Shown here piece by piece: positions 15,165 to 28,571 of a stretch of DNA of 64,000 nt. The DNA is taken from positions 39,556,001 to 39,620,000 of the forward strand of contig OZ024741.1 of assembly GCA_964016885.1 (NCBI GenBank), read 5' to 3'. The position numbers and the translations under genes were made by a program. Origin of the DNA: Eledone cirrhosa (taxonomy: Eukaryota). The notes under the pieces were generated by a model. That model worked only from the letters and a program-made list of their open reading frames with translations, did no database searches and had not been told where the DNA came from. Each line of letters begins with the position of its first letter. The stretch's first letter is position 1.

Positions 15165-15236
15165 AACTAGACTATATTATAACCTCTAATCCATGATTCC
15201 TTTCTGTCGCACCTCATTGCCCCCCCCCCTCTCTCG

Positions 15237-15314
<78 letters not shown>

Positions 15315-15404
15315 GCGATATTTGTATCAAATCTGATTTGGGCTTACCTTATTCATATATATATGTTTTAGCATGTCAGTTAGAGTCAAACTTACAATGG
15401 TTCG

Positions 15405-15558
15405 CAGGCAGTATCGGTAGAGGTTTGGACGCCATGCTTTCTGGCATAGTTACCTTCCGTCGAGGTTAACTTTGCCTTTCATCCTTACGGGGTCGATAAA
15501 ATAAAGTACCCGTAATGTACTGGGTAATTGCTGGCCTTGTGCCAAAAGTAGAAAAAAT
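15405..15558 (+). mobile_element. tRNA-derived SINE (internally deleted)
   Basis: Matches the SINE consensus. Confidence 0.75.
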
Positions 15559-15560
15559 TT

Positions 15561-15661
<101 letters not shown>

Positions 15662-16258
15662 ATTTCTTTGTTATAATAATTAAATTAAATTAATTCAACA
15701 GTTAAACACATATAGGAATAGTTGTTACCAAAGAACCAGAAGATTGACAAGTCGACCCTAAATATGACTAATAGCTATAGGATAGCCATGAATAATACCA
15801 CCTTTTATCTTTGATTTTGAAAGTAGGTTTATAATTATTAATTTTTATTTTATTTTTGTGGCTGTCTCGGCCGCCTAGTTGGAGTAATCATAGACGGTGG
15901 TGATCCTGGTCTGAATTTCGATCCTTGTCGGAAGTAAGGTACCCGGTAAACCTTTTCAGTTTTTTCTATGAGATGTAAAATAAAAACTGAAAAAGATTAC
16001 ATGTAAATCTCAACCTGGATTGAGCCCAAGACCAGGAACTCCACCGTCTTTAGTACCTACAACGCTAGGCTACTGAGACAGCTACGAAAGTCTACTGAAA
16101 ATTCATACTTATAAACCTACTTTCAAAAATTTCAATACAAAACTGTGCAGTGTCGTTCATGTCTTTCTTAATGTTATTGCTCCTACTTAAAGTCGACTTC
16201 TAAATCATTTGGGTGTTCCATAAACTACATCCTCGTTTTGTTTCTTATCTATCTAGAC

Positions 16259-18907
16259 CAGGTATGTCAAACATGCGGCCAGCGGCCCTTTGCAAGCACA
16301 ACTGCGGCCCGTACAAAGGTTTTTACAGCGCGAGCATGTTTTATCTTCGTAATATAAAATTTTAAAAGATTTCGATACGATTGTTTTTTTATTTTTGTGC
16401 GATTTTTGTCAACTACTTTTAACTTCCGACGAACCACGCGCAGCTCAACAGTTATAAACAGAAAACTTTCTTTCAATTTTTTTTTCTTTTAAAATGGTTT
16501 GTGCTCCTCCAGCTAAGAGAAAAGAGAAATTGAACGAAGAAGGGCGAGTGTTTCAAGAAAAGTGGGAATTACAGTATTTTTGCACAACGGTGAACTGAAA
16601 GATACACTGTTTAATTTGCAACAACTGCATCGCTATACCAAAAGAGTACAACTTGAAAAGGCATTATGAAACGAACCATCAATCTTACGATAAATATGAA
16701 GGCCCAATGGGTGTTTCAAGACTCCAGGAATTGAAGGCGAACTTGACTCAGCAATAGACCTGTTTTATGTAAATTCAGGAAGAGAATGTCGCTTCCGTTA
16801 CTGCAAGCTATGAACTCAGCCGAATGATCGCCATTAGTGGGAAATCTTACAGAGAAGGAAATTTTGTGAAGCAATGCCTTGTAAAAACAGCTGAAATTGT
16901 ATGCCCAGAGAAAGCAGAGTTATTCAAAGACATTTCATTAACGAGGAAAAGGCATTATGAAACGAACCATCAATCTTACGATAAATATGAAGGCCCAATG
17001 GGTGTTTCAAGACTCCAGGAATTGAAGGCGAACTTGACTCAGCAATAGACCTGTTTTATGTAAATTCAGGAAGAGAATGTCGCTTCCGTTACTGCAAGCT
17101 ATGAACTCAGCCGAATGATCGCCATTAGTGGGAAATCTTACAGAGAAGGAAATTTTGTGAAGCAATGCCTTGTAAAAACAGCTGAAATTGTATGCCCAGA
17201 GAAAGCAGAGTTATTCAAAGACATTTCATTAACGAGGAACACTGTTGCTGAACGGATTGATGAAATGTCAGGTGATCTGAAACAACAGTTGAAGGCTGTA
17301 TCATCAATGTTTAAAAATGTTTCTATTTCTATTGACCGTTGACATCACTGGAATAGCACAGCTTGCAGTCTTCATCCGGGCCTGTGACAGTAAATTTAAT
17401 ATTTATGAAGAAGTGATTGAACTGGTCCCAGGACATCTTTGAGAAGATCGAGCAGGTTCTGCATGACTATGGTTTTGATTTGAGTAAACTTGCATGCTTA
17501 TCTACTGACGGTTCTGCGAATATGGTTGGCATACATAATCGTGTTACTGCCAAGTTACGAACAAAAATAGAAAATTCGCATCCAGATTCATCATTTGCAC
17601 ATTTTCACTGTATTATCGGCAAAATTTATGTTCAAAGATTTTAAAATTGCATCATGTGCTTAGCTTGGTCACAAAGACAGTGAACTATATCAGAGGCCAT
17701 GCTCTCAACTGCCTTCAGTTCAGCCAGTTGTTGGAAGATATCGATAATCAATTCATCGATGTTCCATTCTACACAGAAGTATGTTGATTGTCATGTCACA
17801 AAGTGCTGAAAAGATTCTATTTATTGAGACAAGAAATAATTGTTTTGGGAGATGAAAGGTCAAAACACAGATGAAATAAAAGATGAAAGTTGGCTCCAAG
17901 ATCTGGCTTATGCTGTGGATATTACTGCACAATTAAGTGATCTTAATTTGAAATTACAAGGTAGAAACAAACTCATCACTCAGTTGTATGATGACATCAA
18001 GTGCTTCATTAGAAAACTAAGCTTATGGAAGTCACAGTTGTCAAATGAAAATTTAGTTCATTTTCCTACGTGCAAACACTGCCAATACTGATTCTGTACT
18101 TAGCTTTGATAAGTATGACAGTTACCCTGGAATTGTTGTCAAAGGAATTTCAGGAAAGATTTTGTGATTTCTCATTTTTTGAATATCAGTTTTGCCTTAT
18201 TCTCAGCACCATTCACCTTTGATGTTGCCAAGGCAGAAGAAAGCCTGCAGATGGGACTATTGGAAATGCAGGCAGATTCTACACTCAGAGCAAAGTATCT
18301 TGAAGTGGGGACACCTGGTTTCTTTCCATACCTTCCAGAAAAGTTTAAAAAGTTCAGAAAGTTTGCCACAAAGATTATGGCAATGTTTGGTTCTACCTAT
18401 GTGTGTGAACAGTTATTTTCCTTCATGAAATTAACAAAAACTTCTCAGGGAACAAGGTTGACTGATCAACACTTATCATCTCTGACCAAAATCGGAACTT
18501 TACAGACATTTCAGCCAGACATACCAAGAATTGTCAACAAAAAAAGTGATATGCCTCGGGACAAAACACTAAAAATGGTTGAATAGTAGCAAATAAATGT
18601 TCAGTTTTGAACTGTTGTAATTTTTGTACAATGTATTTGTTGCTGTTGCAAGCTGCAAGTTTATGTTGCCATTTAAAATTTTAGTTTTTTATCAAACCAC
18701 TTCATTACTTTGTATTCCTGAATGCTGCTAAAACATTTGTATGTACATTGTATGTTTCTAAATTTAAGTGACACATTTTTCTGCAATACATTTTATTAAA
18801 TGACATTAATTAGTTGTAATGTGCACAATTAGTTGTCGTGTGTGGCCCTCAGACAACACATATGCAACCCATGCGGTCCTTGGGAGATCCTCAGTTTGAT
18901 ATGACTG
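16259..18907 (+). mobile_element. hAT DNA transposon (Charlie/SPIN-like), non-functional
   Basis: TIRs caggtatgtcaaac / gtttgatatgactg; left flank atctagac fits the NTCTAGAN target. Confidence 0.9.
16494..18586 (+). pseudogene. hAT transposase pseudogene (GTF2IRD2/EPM2AIP1-like family)
   Basis: Motifs CLIC..KEYNLKRHYET, ISLTRNTVAERI, STDGSANMVG, HCII, DITAQLSDLNLKLQG, FGSTYVCEQLFSFMK; several stops and frameshifts. Confidence 0.9.
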
Positions 18908-19989
18908 GTATGTAGTACTTTTAAGCCAAATTATTACGTGCGACTTGAGTTTCACGCTATTGAAGTCTTCAGCCGGACATTTGAGTTGTTTTGGCTGGTT
19001 TTTTGCGTGAGTTCCTTCTTTTCGCTATGCATAATATTTTCCTTGGATGGTTTCTTATTGCCTTTAATCACGGCGTCATCTATGTTTGTCGTAGTTTCAG
19101 TTGCTAATTCGTTGGTTAATATTTTTAATATCTTTACTCACTGTCCCTAATTTATATTTCACTGGATTGATTTGTCTACATTTGCGTGTCTGCTAAGAAG
19201 TTAGTTTTGTAGTCTTTCCATATTACGTATGGTTGACGTTTTGTTAGGCATTCTGTTCTGGTTTCTTTCTCAAAACTCGTTGATAATTCATGTATTTCTT
19301 TGCTTTATATTGGATGAGATTTTGAGGGTGTCTGTTGCATTCTGAATTTTTCTTTTGAATATATTTTAAAGAGCTTGGTTTTCTGACATTTCGTGTGTTT
19401 TATATGACTTGAGTTTGTTTTGAAAACTGCATCTATAACTTTCAAATAGCTTCTTTGTGGTGTCATTGATTTAAATTCTTTCATATGAATATTTAAATAG
19501 TTACAATTTCGGCAATGTGTGTCGTCATTGCTTTTTTCGTCATTGCTTTCTGTCGCATACATTTGATTAAGTTCTACTTCCTTTTTAAATATGCCTCTGT
19601 GTGTGCTCTTCTAGGGTCAGGCTACTTCTTGAATTGTAACTTTCGACTTCTTCATACTTGTTTGAACATTAAGATGTTAGAGTTGTTCTATTAATGGGGG
19701 GAAAGATTACTCAATATGTGATGTGGATTATAATGTTTATTTTCCTCGTTCACAAAACTTTTTACCTGGCGCTCTAATGATACTACCAATCTCTTGCTCT
19801 CAGTGATTTCAAACATAAACTAAAGGACTTATATTTTGAAAGGAAGGGGACAATTGATTACATTGACCGCAGTACTTGGCTGGTACTTAATTTTATTGGC
19901 CCTAGAAGGATTAAATGCATTGCTGACCCCAGAATGATTTGAATTGAAAATGTAAAAGAAACTAATGAAATATAACAACAAAAAATAAA

Positions 19990-20200
19990 TAGTTTCTGAT
20001 TTAGATACAAGGCCTACAAATTTGGGAGGAAAGAAAAGTCGATTGAATCGATCCCGGTGCATTATTGGTACTTTATTTTATCGACCCCGTAAGGATGAAA
20101 GGGCAAATTTAATCTCGGTGAGATTTAAACTCAGAACGTAAAGGGCCGTAACTCCGTGTCGCAAAGCATGTTGTTCGACGCTCTACCGATACTGCCAATC
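19990..20200 (-). mobile_element. tRNA-derived SINE
   Basis: Reverse complement of the SINE consensus (ctctaccgatactgccaat). Confidence 0.8.
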
Positions 20201-20973
20201 CAGCAACAACAATAATAATAATTGATTTTTTTTATTGCTCAAAAGAGTGCCCGGTGTTAGGAACAATACAAAGAAGAAAAAAAACAGCACAAAGTCGAAT
20301 AAAGGGAAGGCAATAATGTTGATGATGATGATGTTGATAATAGCAACAAAAACAATCATCCAGTTGGGTGCTTTATCCACCCGTACCTTGATAAAGTCAT
20401 GCGTTGATGTAGACTGTTTCTCTTAGCTAACCCTGTGATCTATTTGTGTGAACACCAATTTCACTAATCCGTTATTAAAACAGACCCTGAAATACAGATT
20501 TTATATTATATAGCTTTAGTACAGGGTCATAGGTTTTAGCCACATTTCTACGGGTGTTAAATATGCATGGGAGTAACGGGGAGAAGCCTTTTCAACTGGG
20601 ATATGTATGAGATGTGTTGATATAGTTGATGTAGTTAGTACGTTTGATAACATGACGGCTGAGTCCGACAGGAAAAGGTGGTTGTGTTGGTGGTGTTGCT
20701 TGCACTATGATGTTTGTTGGGCATGCGTGTTTATGTATAATTGACCGCAAATATGGCAAAGTATCTTCTTTCTAGAGGAGGTTAATTGTAAAATACACTG
20801 TAACAAACAGAAAGACCTACGTGGGCCAGTAGTTAAGTGTCCCTAAGGAAGTTTATGTATAGGGATTTTTAAAAATTAGAAAAGGCGCCAGAAGACATAT
20901 ATACATACACACACACACAAACACATGCAGACGCGCGCACACACGCACACACAAACACATGCAGACGCGCGCG

Positions 20974-21021
<48 letters not shown>

Positions 21022-21057
21022 CATATACATATATATTTATATATATAATAAATATAC

Positions 21058-21088
<31 letters not shown>

Positions 21089-21128
21089 ATATATATATAT
21101 ATATATACATATATATACATATATATAC

Positions 21129-21161
<33 letters not shown>

Positions 21162-21236
21162 ATATATTCATATACATATATATTTATATATATATAATAA
21201 ATATACATATATATATATATATACATATATATATAC

Positions 21237-21267
<31 letters not shown>

Positions 21268-21358
21268 CATATATATATATAATATATATATATATACATA
21301 TATATATACATATATATACATATATATACATATATATATATACATATATATATATATA

Positions 21359-21412
<54 letters not shown>

Positions 21413-21561
21413 GACGTAAAATAAGAAAATTTGAAAATTAACTTACTAAATTTCAGTGCCATGGAATCTAGTCCCCACTCGCTTTTTTCCATCCACTGAA
21501 TTATTATTTTTATATGTGTTCCTAGTGTCCGCGCATTGCCTGGGAACTTAGCTGAGAATAG

Positions 21562-21643
21562 ACTCCCTGATGACGTAAGGATTTCTCTATGGTTGCGTTG
21601 CGTAACTATATTTATTCCCTTACAGAAACTAATTAGTTGGAGT
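21562..21643 (+). ncRNA. Type-I hammerhead ribozyme (family I)
   Basis: actcc-CTGATGA-c gtaagg..ccttac a-GAAA-ctaattag-TT-ggagt; lies in a TA-flanked element 21407-21775 with inverted ends. Confidence 0.85.
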
Positions 21644-21816
21644 GAAAATTTTAGTAAGTAAGTTAATTTTAAAATTTTCTTATTTTACGTCTTTCATATA
21701 ATTGTTCTGCATCCCCTTGCATAGAACCACAAAGGTACTAAGACATAACATATCTATTTGCTAGCATAGGTATACATATGTATACATATGTTGGTAGATA
21801 TACTAATTCTATCTCA

Positions 21817-21873
<57 letters not shown>

Positions 21874-22001
21874 AAAGTTTTATTTAAAATTGTTGGGTTA
21901 CAACAAGTAAATATTTTATAACTGATATAAAGCACTCGACAAGTTTTGGGAGTAGATATACGATATTAAACAAATGGAAACTATATTTATAAAACCATAT
22001 T

Positions 22002-22067
22002 TATTTCATTATACATATTTCAGGGATACCATATTAAAAATATGGCATGCCTTCGTCAGATAAAATA
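22002..22067 (-). ncRNA. Hammerhead ribozyme (family A)
   Basis: Reverse complement of 22556-22621. Confidence 0.85.
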
Positions 22068-22555
22068 CAATATATACCCAGTTTTATAAATAATTTTGAC
22101 GTACCATAAATATAGCGACCATTAATGTAGGAGGCTGGCTTGGTAGTGAAGTGTTTATAGATATTTAGTGTTAATCACAGTTACAAATAAAGACGGAGAA
22201 AAAGAAGAAATGTATGTAAAGAAAAACAGAGAGAAATAAAGAGAAATAGGGGAGTGAGAAAGAGGGAGGAGGTAAAAAAGAGAGGCAACCGAAGGCAATA
22301 TGATGAATTATTATTATTCATCTGTTGCCTTCGGTTGCCTCTCTTTTTTACCCCCTCCCTCTTTCTCACTCCCCTATTTCTCTTTATTTCTCTCTGTTTT
22401 TATTTACATACATTTCTTCTTTTTCTCCATCTTTATTTGTAACTGTGATTAACACTAAATATCTATAAACACTTCACTACCAAGCCAGCCTCCTACATTA
22501 ATGGTCGCTATATTTATGGTACGTCAAAATTATTTATAAAACTGGTTATATATTG

Positions 22556-22621
22556 TATTTTATCTGACGAAGGCATGCCATATTTTTAATATGGTATCCC
22601 TGAAATATGTATAATGAAATA
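22556..22621 (+). ncRNA. Hammerhead ribozyme (family A)
   Basis: tattttat-CTGACGA-aggcatgccatatt..aatatggtatccct-GAAA-tatgta-TA-atgaaata. Confidence 0.85.
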
Positions 22622-22661
22622 AATATGGTTTTATAAATATAGTTTCCATTTGTTTAATATC

Positions 22662-22720
<59 letters not shown>

Positions 22721-22736
22721 CATATATATATATATA

Positions 22737-23195
22737 GGGCAACAAGTTATCGTTATAGGTAATCCAGTTAGAGGTTGTGAGTATTCTGCGTCGTGGATAG
22801 TTTTAACGTACGGTTTTGTTTAACTCAACAAGATGTATCCATAGTTAGGCAGCGAGTTCGCGGTAATTCCTATGTAGGTTATACTTGGAGTAATAATAGT
22901 GAAAGAATGAAGAGTTACATGGTTGGCTGTACAACAAGGGGCTTTATTTCCGGTATTGACAATTGTTTCATTGATCAGGTGAGTCTAGATGTCGCTAATC
23001 GCTTGAAGTTGCGTCACTCGATCTCCATTACATTATTTACCTCTGACCAACTCAACAGAGGTAGATAATGTAATGGAGATCGAGTGACGCAACTTCGAGC
23101 TATTAGCGACTTCTAGACTCACCTGATCAATCAAACAATTCTCAATACCTGAAATAAAGCCCCTTGTACAGCCAGCCATGTAACCCTTCATTCTT

Positions 23196-23201
<6 letters not shown>
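22737..23201. mobile_element. TA-flanked asymmetric fold-back element
   Basis: ~150 bp inverted arms (22897-23046 / 23056-23201) plus an unpaired left extension. Confidence 0.75.
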
Positions 23202-23248
<47 letters not shown>

Positions 23249-23311
23249 GTGGTTACACAACAGTTAGTTCACCATACCGAGAACAATTGATTCACCTTAG
23301 CGGATCCATTA

Positions 23312-23349
23312 CGAGCTGAGGATCCGCTAAGGTGAAACAATTGTTCTCG
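23312..23349 (+). ncRNA. Minimal hammerhead ribozyme (family D) in fold-back element 23245-23453
   Basis: cgag-CTGAGGA-tccgctaaggt-GAAA-caattg-TT-ctcg. Confidence 0.85.
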
Positions 23350-23449
23350 GTGAACTATGGTGAACTAACTGTTGTGTAACCACTTCTACCTAACTCGTCC
23401 CATGGACTGAGTGCTCTACCAATACGGATATTACCTTCCAGTGTTCTAC

Positions 23450-23501
<52 letters not shown>

Positions 23502-23642
23502 ACAAAGGAATTGTGGTAAGGAACCAGATGGACCATAACGCACAAGAGTACTCAATACTTAGGGTAGTAGAGTGGGAAATAGGAAAAAGTATGACCCCGA
23601 CGACGAAACGGCTTGAGCTCTGCCGTTAGGGTCATAAATTTT

Positions 23643-23673
<31 letters not shown>

Positions 23674-23678
<5 letters not shown>

Positions 23679-24142
23679 ATTAAATAAATGGAAAACTATA
23701 TTTATAAAACCATATTTATTTCATTATATATATTTCGGGGATATCATATTAACAATATGCTATGCCTTCATCAGACAAAATACAATATAAACAGTTTTAT
23801 AGATAAATATATTCGACATACCGTAATAAACATCAACTTCATTTGAAGAGGTTTACGCTAGCAGTGAAAATACAGCGTAAACCTCTTCAAATGAAGTTGA
23901 TGTTTATTACGGTATGTCGAATATATTTATCTATAAAACTGTTTATATTGTATTTTGTCTGATGAAGGCATAGCATATTGTTAATATGATATCCCCGAAA
24001 TATATATAATGAAATAAATATGGTTTTATAAATATAGTTTTCCATTTATTTAATATTGTAAATATACTCCAAATATTTGTCGAGTGCTTTTATATCAGTT
24101 ATAAATATTTACTAGTTGTAACCCAACAATTTTAAATATAAC

Positions 24143-24148
<6 letters not shown>
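23674..24148. mobile_element. Family A fold-back element; hammerheads at 23717-23782 (-) and 23951-24016 (+)
   Basis: Inverted arms; tattttgt-CTGATGA-...-GAAA-tatata-TA-atgaaata. Confidence 0.85.
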
Positions 24149-24175
<27 letters not shown>

Positions 24176-24403
24176 GTTTCTACTTTTGGCACAAGGCCAG
24201 CAAATACCCAGTACATTACTGGTACTTTATTTTATCGACCCCGTAAGGATGAAAGGCAAAGTTCGAAAAATCAGTGATGCATCTGGACTCAATTTATTGT
24301 GTGTTACAATTGTTTCGCCGGACAGCTCGAGATACGATTATTGTATGGATCTGTCTGATTCTGGAAACTGCAGGTTCGTCGGACACTGGCAATAATCCCG
24401 GAC

Positions 24404-24452
<49 letters not shown>

Positions 24453-24544
24453 TGAGACCGGGGAGACCACTAATCTAGGGAGTACTCAACACATGGGGAG
24501 ATGCAGTGTGGGTATATATATGTGTGTGTGTGTGCATGTGCGCG

Positions 24545-24578
<34 letters not shown>

Positions 24579-25155
24579 TATGTACATACATACATGTATA
24601 CACATACACATATTTGTGTGCGCGTCTTTGTGTCTATCTATATATTATTCACGACTATAGTCGAATACCAGGGGACTAGTAGTTTCATAGATCGACCGGT
24701 TGTTGGTACATATTTCCTATACATATTCAAATTATATACGTAGCGGCTTATCTGAGGTATGGCTACTCGTATACTCTTTTACTCATTTACCTGTTCCAGC
24801 CATCCGGCTGAGGCCATGCTGGGGCACCACCCATTTTGAAAAAGAATTGTTATATTTGTTTCAACAGTGATTTTTTATAAACATCCAGAAGAGGGATTAC
24901 TTACGATATCTGGATGCCCTCACCTCCCAAAAAGTGGAGGTATTTACAGGTGCAAGAGTGAAATAGTTAACTATCGATATAGTTCATTTATTAATTTTGT
25001 TGAAGACCTCTATTAATTTCTTCATATATCGTCGTCTCCCTAATATATCTGTTAAATCCGGTCCGCTCTGATTTGAGAAAGTGGGTGGGTGTGAGGCCGG
25101 AATCAAACGATTTGTAGTAACCCAGGGTGTTGTGTTATTGAATGATTTCGAAAAA

Positions 25156-25244
<89 letters not shown>

Positions 25245-25487
25245 TATATTTACTTTATATATATATGTGTGTGTGTGGCTGTTTATATATATATATATAT
25301 GGAATTTTTATAGAAGCGGTGGAATTAATTTTATTCTATTTATTTGCATATAAATAAGTGAGTGTGACTGAAAGAGTTTTTACATGTCTTAGGTTTAATT
25401 AATGAGGAATTTTGAGCAGTGTCACTTTGACGAATCAAAGAGGGAAGGACGGACCCTAAAATATATTTTCTGTGCTATTTCTAATTT

Positions 25488-25580
<93 letters not shown>

Positions 25581-25885
25581 CGTATGTATGTATGTAGGTA
25601 TGTAGTATCTCTACTAATTTCAGCTTTCAGTCAAGAATATTCTTATATGCCACACCTCACTTATAAAGAAAAAAGCTTGCTGTCACTGATACAGTTAATC
25701 TCATTGGATAATATTTTACAACCTCCGCCCATCCCAATTAACTCCCTCTTTCTCTCTCTCTCTCTCTCTAACTCTCATGTTTTCTCTTTCTCTCACCCAT
25801 CTCTACCTTATTTTTATCACCGTCGACCTCCCAACGCCTGCTGTCACTGTAAATGTGTGAATATTTTATAAACCTCGTCATCCTC

Positions 25886-27610
25886 GTTATGTTCTGTGGT
25901 GTTTTGTAGTGATGTGATGTGTTGTGTTGTGTTGCGTTGTGTTGTGTTGTGTTGTGTAGTGTTGTGTTGTGTTGTGTAGTGTTGTGTTTTGTAGTGTTGT
26001 ATTGTGTTGTGTTGTGCTGTGTTGTGATGTGTAGTGTTGTGTTTTGTAGTGTTGTGTAGTGTAGTGTTGCGTTGTGTAGTGTTGTGTTGTGTAGTGTAGT
26101 GTTGTGTTGTGTTGTGTTGTGTTGTGTTGTGGAGTGTTGTGTTGTGGAGTGCTGTATCGTGTAGTGTTGTTTTGTGATGTGTAGTGTTGTGTTGTGTTGT
26201 GTAGTGTTGTGTTGTGTTGTGTTGCATAGTGTAGTGTTGTGTTGTGTAGTGTATTGTTGTGTTGTGTTGTGTAGTGTTGTGTTGTGGAGTGTTGTGTTGT
26301 GGAGGGTTGTGTTTTGTAGTGTTGTGTAGTGTTGTGTTGTGATGTGTTGTGTTGTGTTGTGTTGTGTAGTGTAGTGTTGTGTTGTGTAGTGTTGTGTTGT
26401 GGAGTGTTGTGTTGTGTAGGGTTGTGTTTTGTAGTGTTGTGTAGTGTAGTGTTGTGTTGTGTTGTGTTGTGTAGCGTTGTTGTATTGTGTTGTGTTGTGT
26501 TGTGTTGTGTTGCGTTGTGTTGTGTAGCGTTGTGTTGTGTAGTGCTGTGTTGTGTTGTGCTGTGATGTGTTGTGTTGTGTTGTGTTGTGTTGTGTTGTGT
26601 TGTGTTGTGTTGTGTTGTGATGTGTAGTGTTGTGTTGTGATGTGTAGTGTTGTGTTGTGTAGTGATGCGATGTGTAGTGTTGTATTGTGATGTGTATTGT
26701 TGTGTTGTGATGTGTAGTATTGTGTTGTGTTGTGTTGTATTGCGTTGTGTAGTGTTGTGTTGTGTTGTGATGTGTAGTTTTGTGTAGTGTTGTGTTGTGT
26801 AGTGATGTGATGTGTAGTGTTGTGTTGTGGAGTGTTGTGTTGTGTTGTGTAGTGTTGCGTTCTGGAGTGTTGGGTTGTGATGTGTAGTGTTGTGTTGTGA
26901 TGTGTAGTGTTGTGTTGTGATGTGTAGTGTTGTGTTGCGTTGTGTTGCGTTGTGTAGTGTTGTGTTGTGTAGTGTTGTGTTGTGGACTGTTGTGAAGTGT
27001 TGTGTTGTGGACTGTTGTGTTGTTTTGTGAAGTAATGTATTGTGTTGTGTTGCGTTGTGTAGTGTTGTGTTGTGCTGGGTTGTGTTGTTTTGCCTAGTGA
27101 TGTGTTGTTGTGTTGTGTGGAATTCAGTGTTGAATTAGTGTGTTGTCTAGTGATATGTTGTGTTGCGTTGTGTTGTCTAGTGAAGTGTTGTGTTATGCTG
27201 AACTGTGTATTGAATTGTTGTGTTGTCTAGTGATATGCTGTGTTGTGTCGAATTGTGTTTGAATTATTGTGTTATCTAGTGAAGTGTTGTGTTGTCTAGT
27301 GATATATTGTGTTGTGTTATGTTGTCTAGTGATGTGCTGAGTTTGTGCTGAACTATGTATTGAATAGTTGTGTTGTCTAGTGATGTGCTGTGTAGTGAAG
27401 TGTTGTGTTCTAGAAATATACTGTGTTGCGTTGCCTTGTGTAGTGATGTTATCTTTGTGTTGTGTTGTGTTGTGTTATATAAGGTATTGCTGTGTTTTGT
27501 CGAGTTGTACTGCGTTGGGATGTGTGGCGTTGAGTTAGACTGCATTGTGTTGTACTGTTTTCTGTTATATTATGATGTACTTATTGTGTGGTATTTTGAT
27601 ATGTAGTGTA
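25886..27610. repeat. Pentanucleotide satellite (TGTGT/TGTAG)n, degenerating toward the 3' end
   Basis: Visible 5-bp periodicity over ~1.7 kb. Confidence 0.95.
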
Positions 27611-27749
27611 ACGTACTGTTGGCACTCCTAGTGTTGTATCCTCTTATCTACATATTTATCTATTTATCTACATATTTATATTACTACCTATCTAGAGATC
27701 TATCAATCAAACATTATCTCCGTATCTGTCCATCTATCTTAACATATAT

Positions 27750-27750
27750 A

Positions 27751-27831
<81 letters not shown>

Positions 27832-27894
27832 CTATCTCTATCTGTCTATCTATCTATATATCTATCTCTATCTCTATCTCTCTATCTATCTATC

Positions 27895-27975
<81 letters not shown>
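27750..27975 (+). repeat. (TATC)n microsatellite
   Basis: Direct. Confidence 0.95.
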
Positions 27976-28550
27976 GGCTATGTAGAACGACTATTGTCGC
28001 GGGTGGGACCAATCCAGTTGACCACCGAGTCCATTGTCATGATCAAACCGCCACCCTGCTTCAAAAACGAGGGAGAGGCGGTTTTCCTATGTGTTATGGC
28101 TATGGTAAAAGAGGTTATATGGTGAAGGAGGTTAAAAGGGCTGAGGTCAGACACCTTTCTCTCCGGCGAGCAACTGATTCGTTTTTTAAAATATCATTTT
28201 GGAAGAAGAATCAGGATGGAGAGAGAGGTGCTGTACCCCAGCACATTTTATAAAAGGCGGGTGAGTGTGGCAAAGATGGCCCGAGTGGTTGGGCCTTCTC
28301 TCTCTATAAGCCTGTAGGTTGAGGAAAAAGAGGAAGAGAGGAAAGGAATACTCACTCTTGGTGCTCCTGGAGATGAGGGTTGTACATTTTTTCGGCGTGT
28401 GCACAACCGCTGTGTAACACCTCCCCCCTATTGGGGATTTCAATTGTTATTTGTTATTGTATTAATAGTTTTATTTTCATATACCTGTATGTAAACTCCC
28501 CATTTGTATTTGTCCCCTTCTTTTGTGCCCTCGTGGCTAATAAAGAAATT
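27974..28550 (+). mobile_element. 5'-truncated Tx1/L1-like LINE, copy 1
   Basis: [21 protein letters not shown]..; 3' UTR ending gtggctaataaagaaa. Confidence 0.85.
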
Positions 28551-28571
28551 TATCTATCTATCCCTCTGTCA

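Larger units (their letters stand above)
21871..22664. mobile_element. Family A fold-back element, flanked by (TA)n
   Basis: ~350 bp near-perfect inverted arms centred ~22311. Confidence 0.9.

Noticed and set aside
16251-18915. 8-bp TSD for the hAT element
   Set aside because: The flanks atctagac and gtatgtag do not match.
18930-19680. Possible old LINE fragment on the minus strand
   Set aside because: Composition is suggestive, but no diagnostic motif was recognised.
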